Of a stretch of 64,000 nucleotides of DNA, positions 63,384 to 64,000 are shown piece by piece. Location of the stretch: NCBI RefSeq assembly GCF_006345805.1, contig NC_043024.1, positions 12,524,001 through 12,588,000 on the forward strand, in the 5' to 3' direction. Each line of letters begins with the position of its first letter. The stretch's first letter is position 1. Below the pieces are notes generated by a model. The model was not told the origin of the DNA and did no database searches. It saw only the letters and a list, made by a program, of their open reading frames with translations. Made by a program: the position numbers and the translations under genes. The DNA is from Octopus sinensis (Eukaryota).

Positions 63384-64000
63384 ACATACACATCCTCTCC
63401 CTTTCCCTCTCTTATCTTTTCTCTCTCTACTGTATTATCATACGATTTTGTTACTTATTTACCTTCACTCATCCCTTGCTATCCCCTACCTTTCCAAACT
63501 CATATCATCGATCACCCTTCTATCCCGATCTCAAATTCCCTACGACCACGCCTCAATTTCATTCAATCTTTAAATTCATCACCTGTTTTCCCTCCAAAAT
63601 ATATCTAACATCGATCTCACCCACAACCCTCGTTCTTAGTTCAATATATTCGCCCCTTACTTTCTCTCTCCCCATGGACCCTTACAACCTTTATCCATCC
63701 TCACTTCATGTTCTTCTGTTTCCATTCCCTTCTAATCATATTCTTGTAACTTCAGGATCGACCTTGGTATTTTATCGCCGTAATTGTATCCATTTTCCAG
63801 CTCCATCTCTTCACTCCCATCAACTCTTCAATAATGCGAGTGTCCAAGGAACTTCTCCACGGCAAAGAAACCTGTTCTGGCCCCTTCTCTCACACATAAA
63901 CCTTTCACTCCGTGACCCCACTCAGTCAAAAGGGGTCTTAATCTCGGCAGCTGCTTGATGAATCCCCTGTAGCTTCGTAAACTTGTACTCAGAGCTCACT

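Noticed and set aside
63239-63958. 239-aa plus-strand ORF
   Set aside because: Begins at a non-ATG codon and includes an (ACA/ACT)n run. Its Leu/Ser/Pro/Phe bias reflects pyrimidine-rich strand composition; no domain recognised.

Overview
AT-rich, microsatellite-saturated animal genomic DNA. The SINE families and repeat landscape look like an octopus/coleoid cephalopod genome (inferred from recognition, not a database search). There are no prokaryotic genes, operons, CRISPR arrays, rRNA or convincing tRNA genes, and nearly all ORFs in the supplied track are translations of simple repeats. Transposon content: a near-intact CR1-type LINE (APE+RT ORF2, one uncompensated frameshift) inserted in an AT minisatellite, decayed CR1, R4/Dong and Penelope-like fragments, DD37D and DD34D Tc1/mariner remnants, a complete non-autonomous Helitron, several MITE/foldback families, and at least four tRNA-derived SINE families. 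A phase-compatible chain of plus-strand candidate exons (1.1-18.8 kb) may encode the C-terminus of a protein I cannot identify. Most interesting leads: (1) the main SINE shares a structured 3' tail with the CR1-type LINE, with compensatory base changes; (2) a minimal Penelope-type hammerhead ribozyme at 62.2 kb; (3) the near-intact LINE; (4) a dimeric SINE with a 15-bp target-site duplication (TSD); (5) a 370-bp foldback. All alignments, folds and counts were done by eye.
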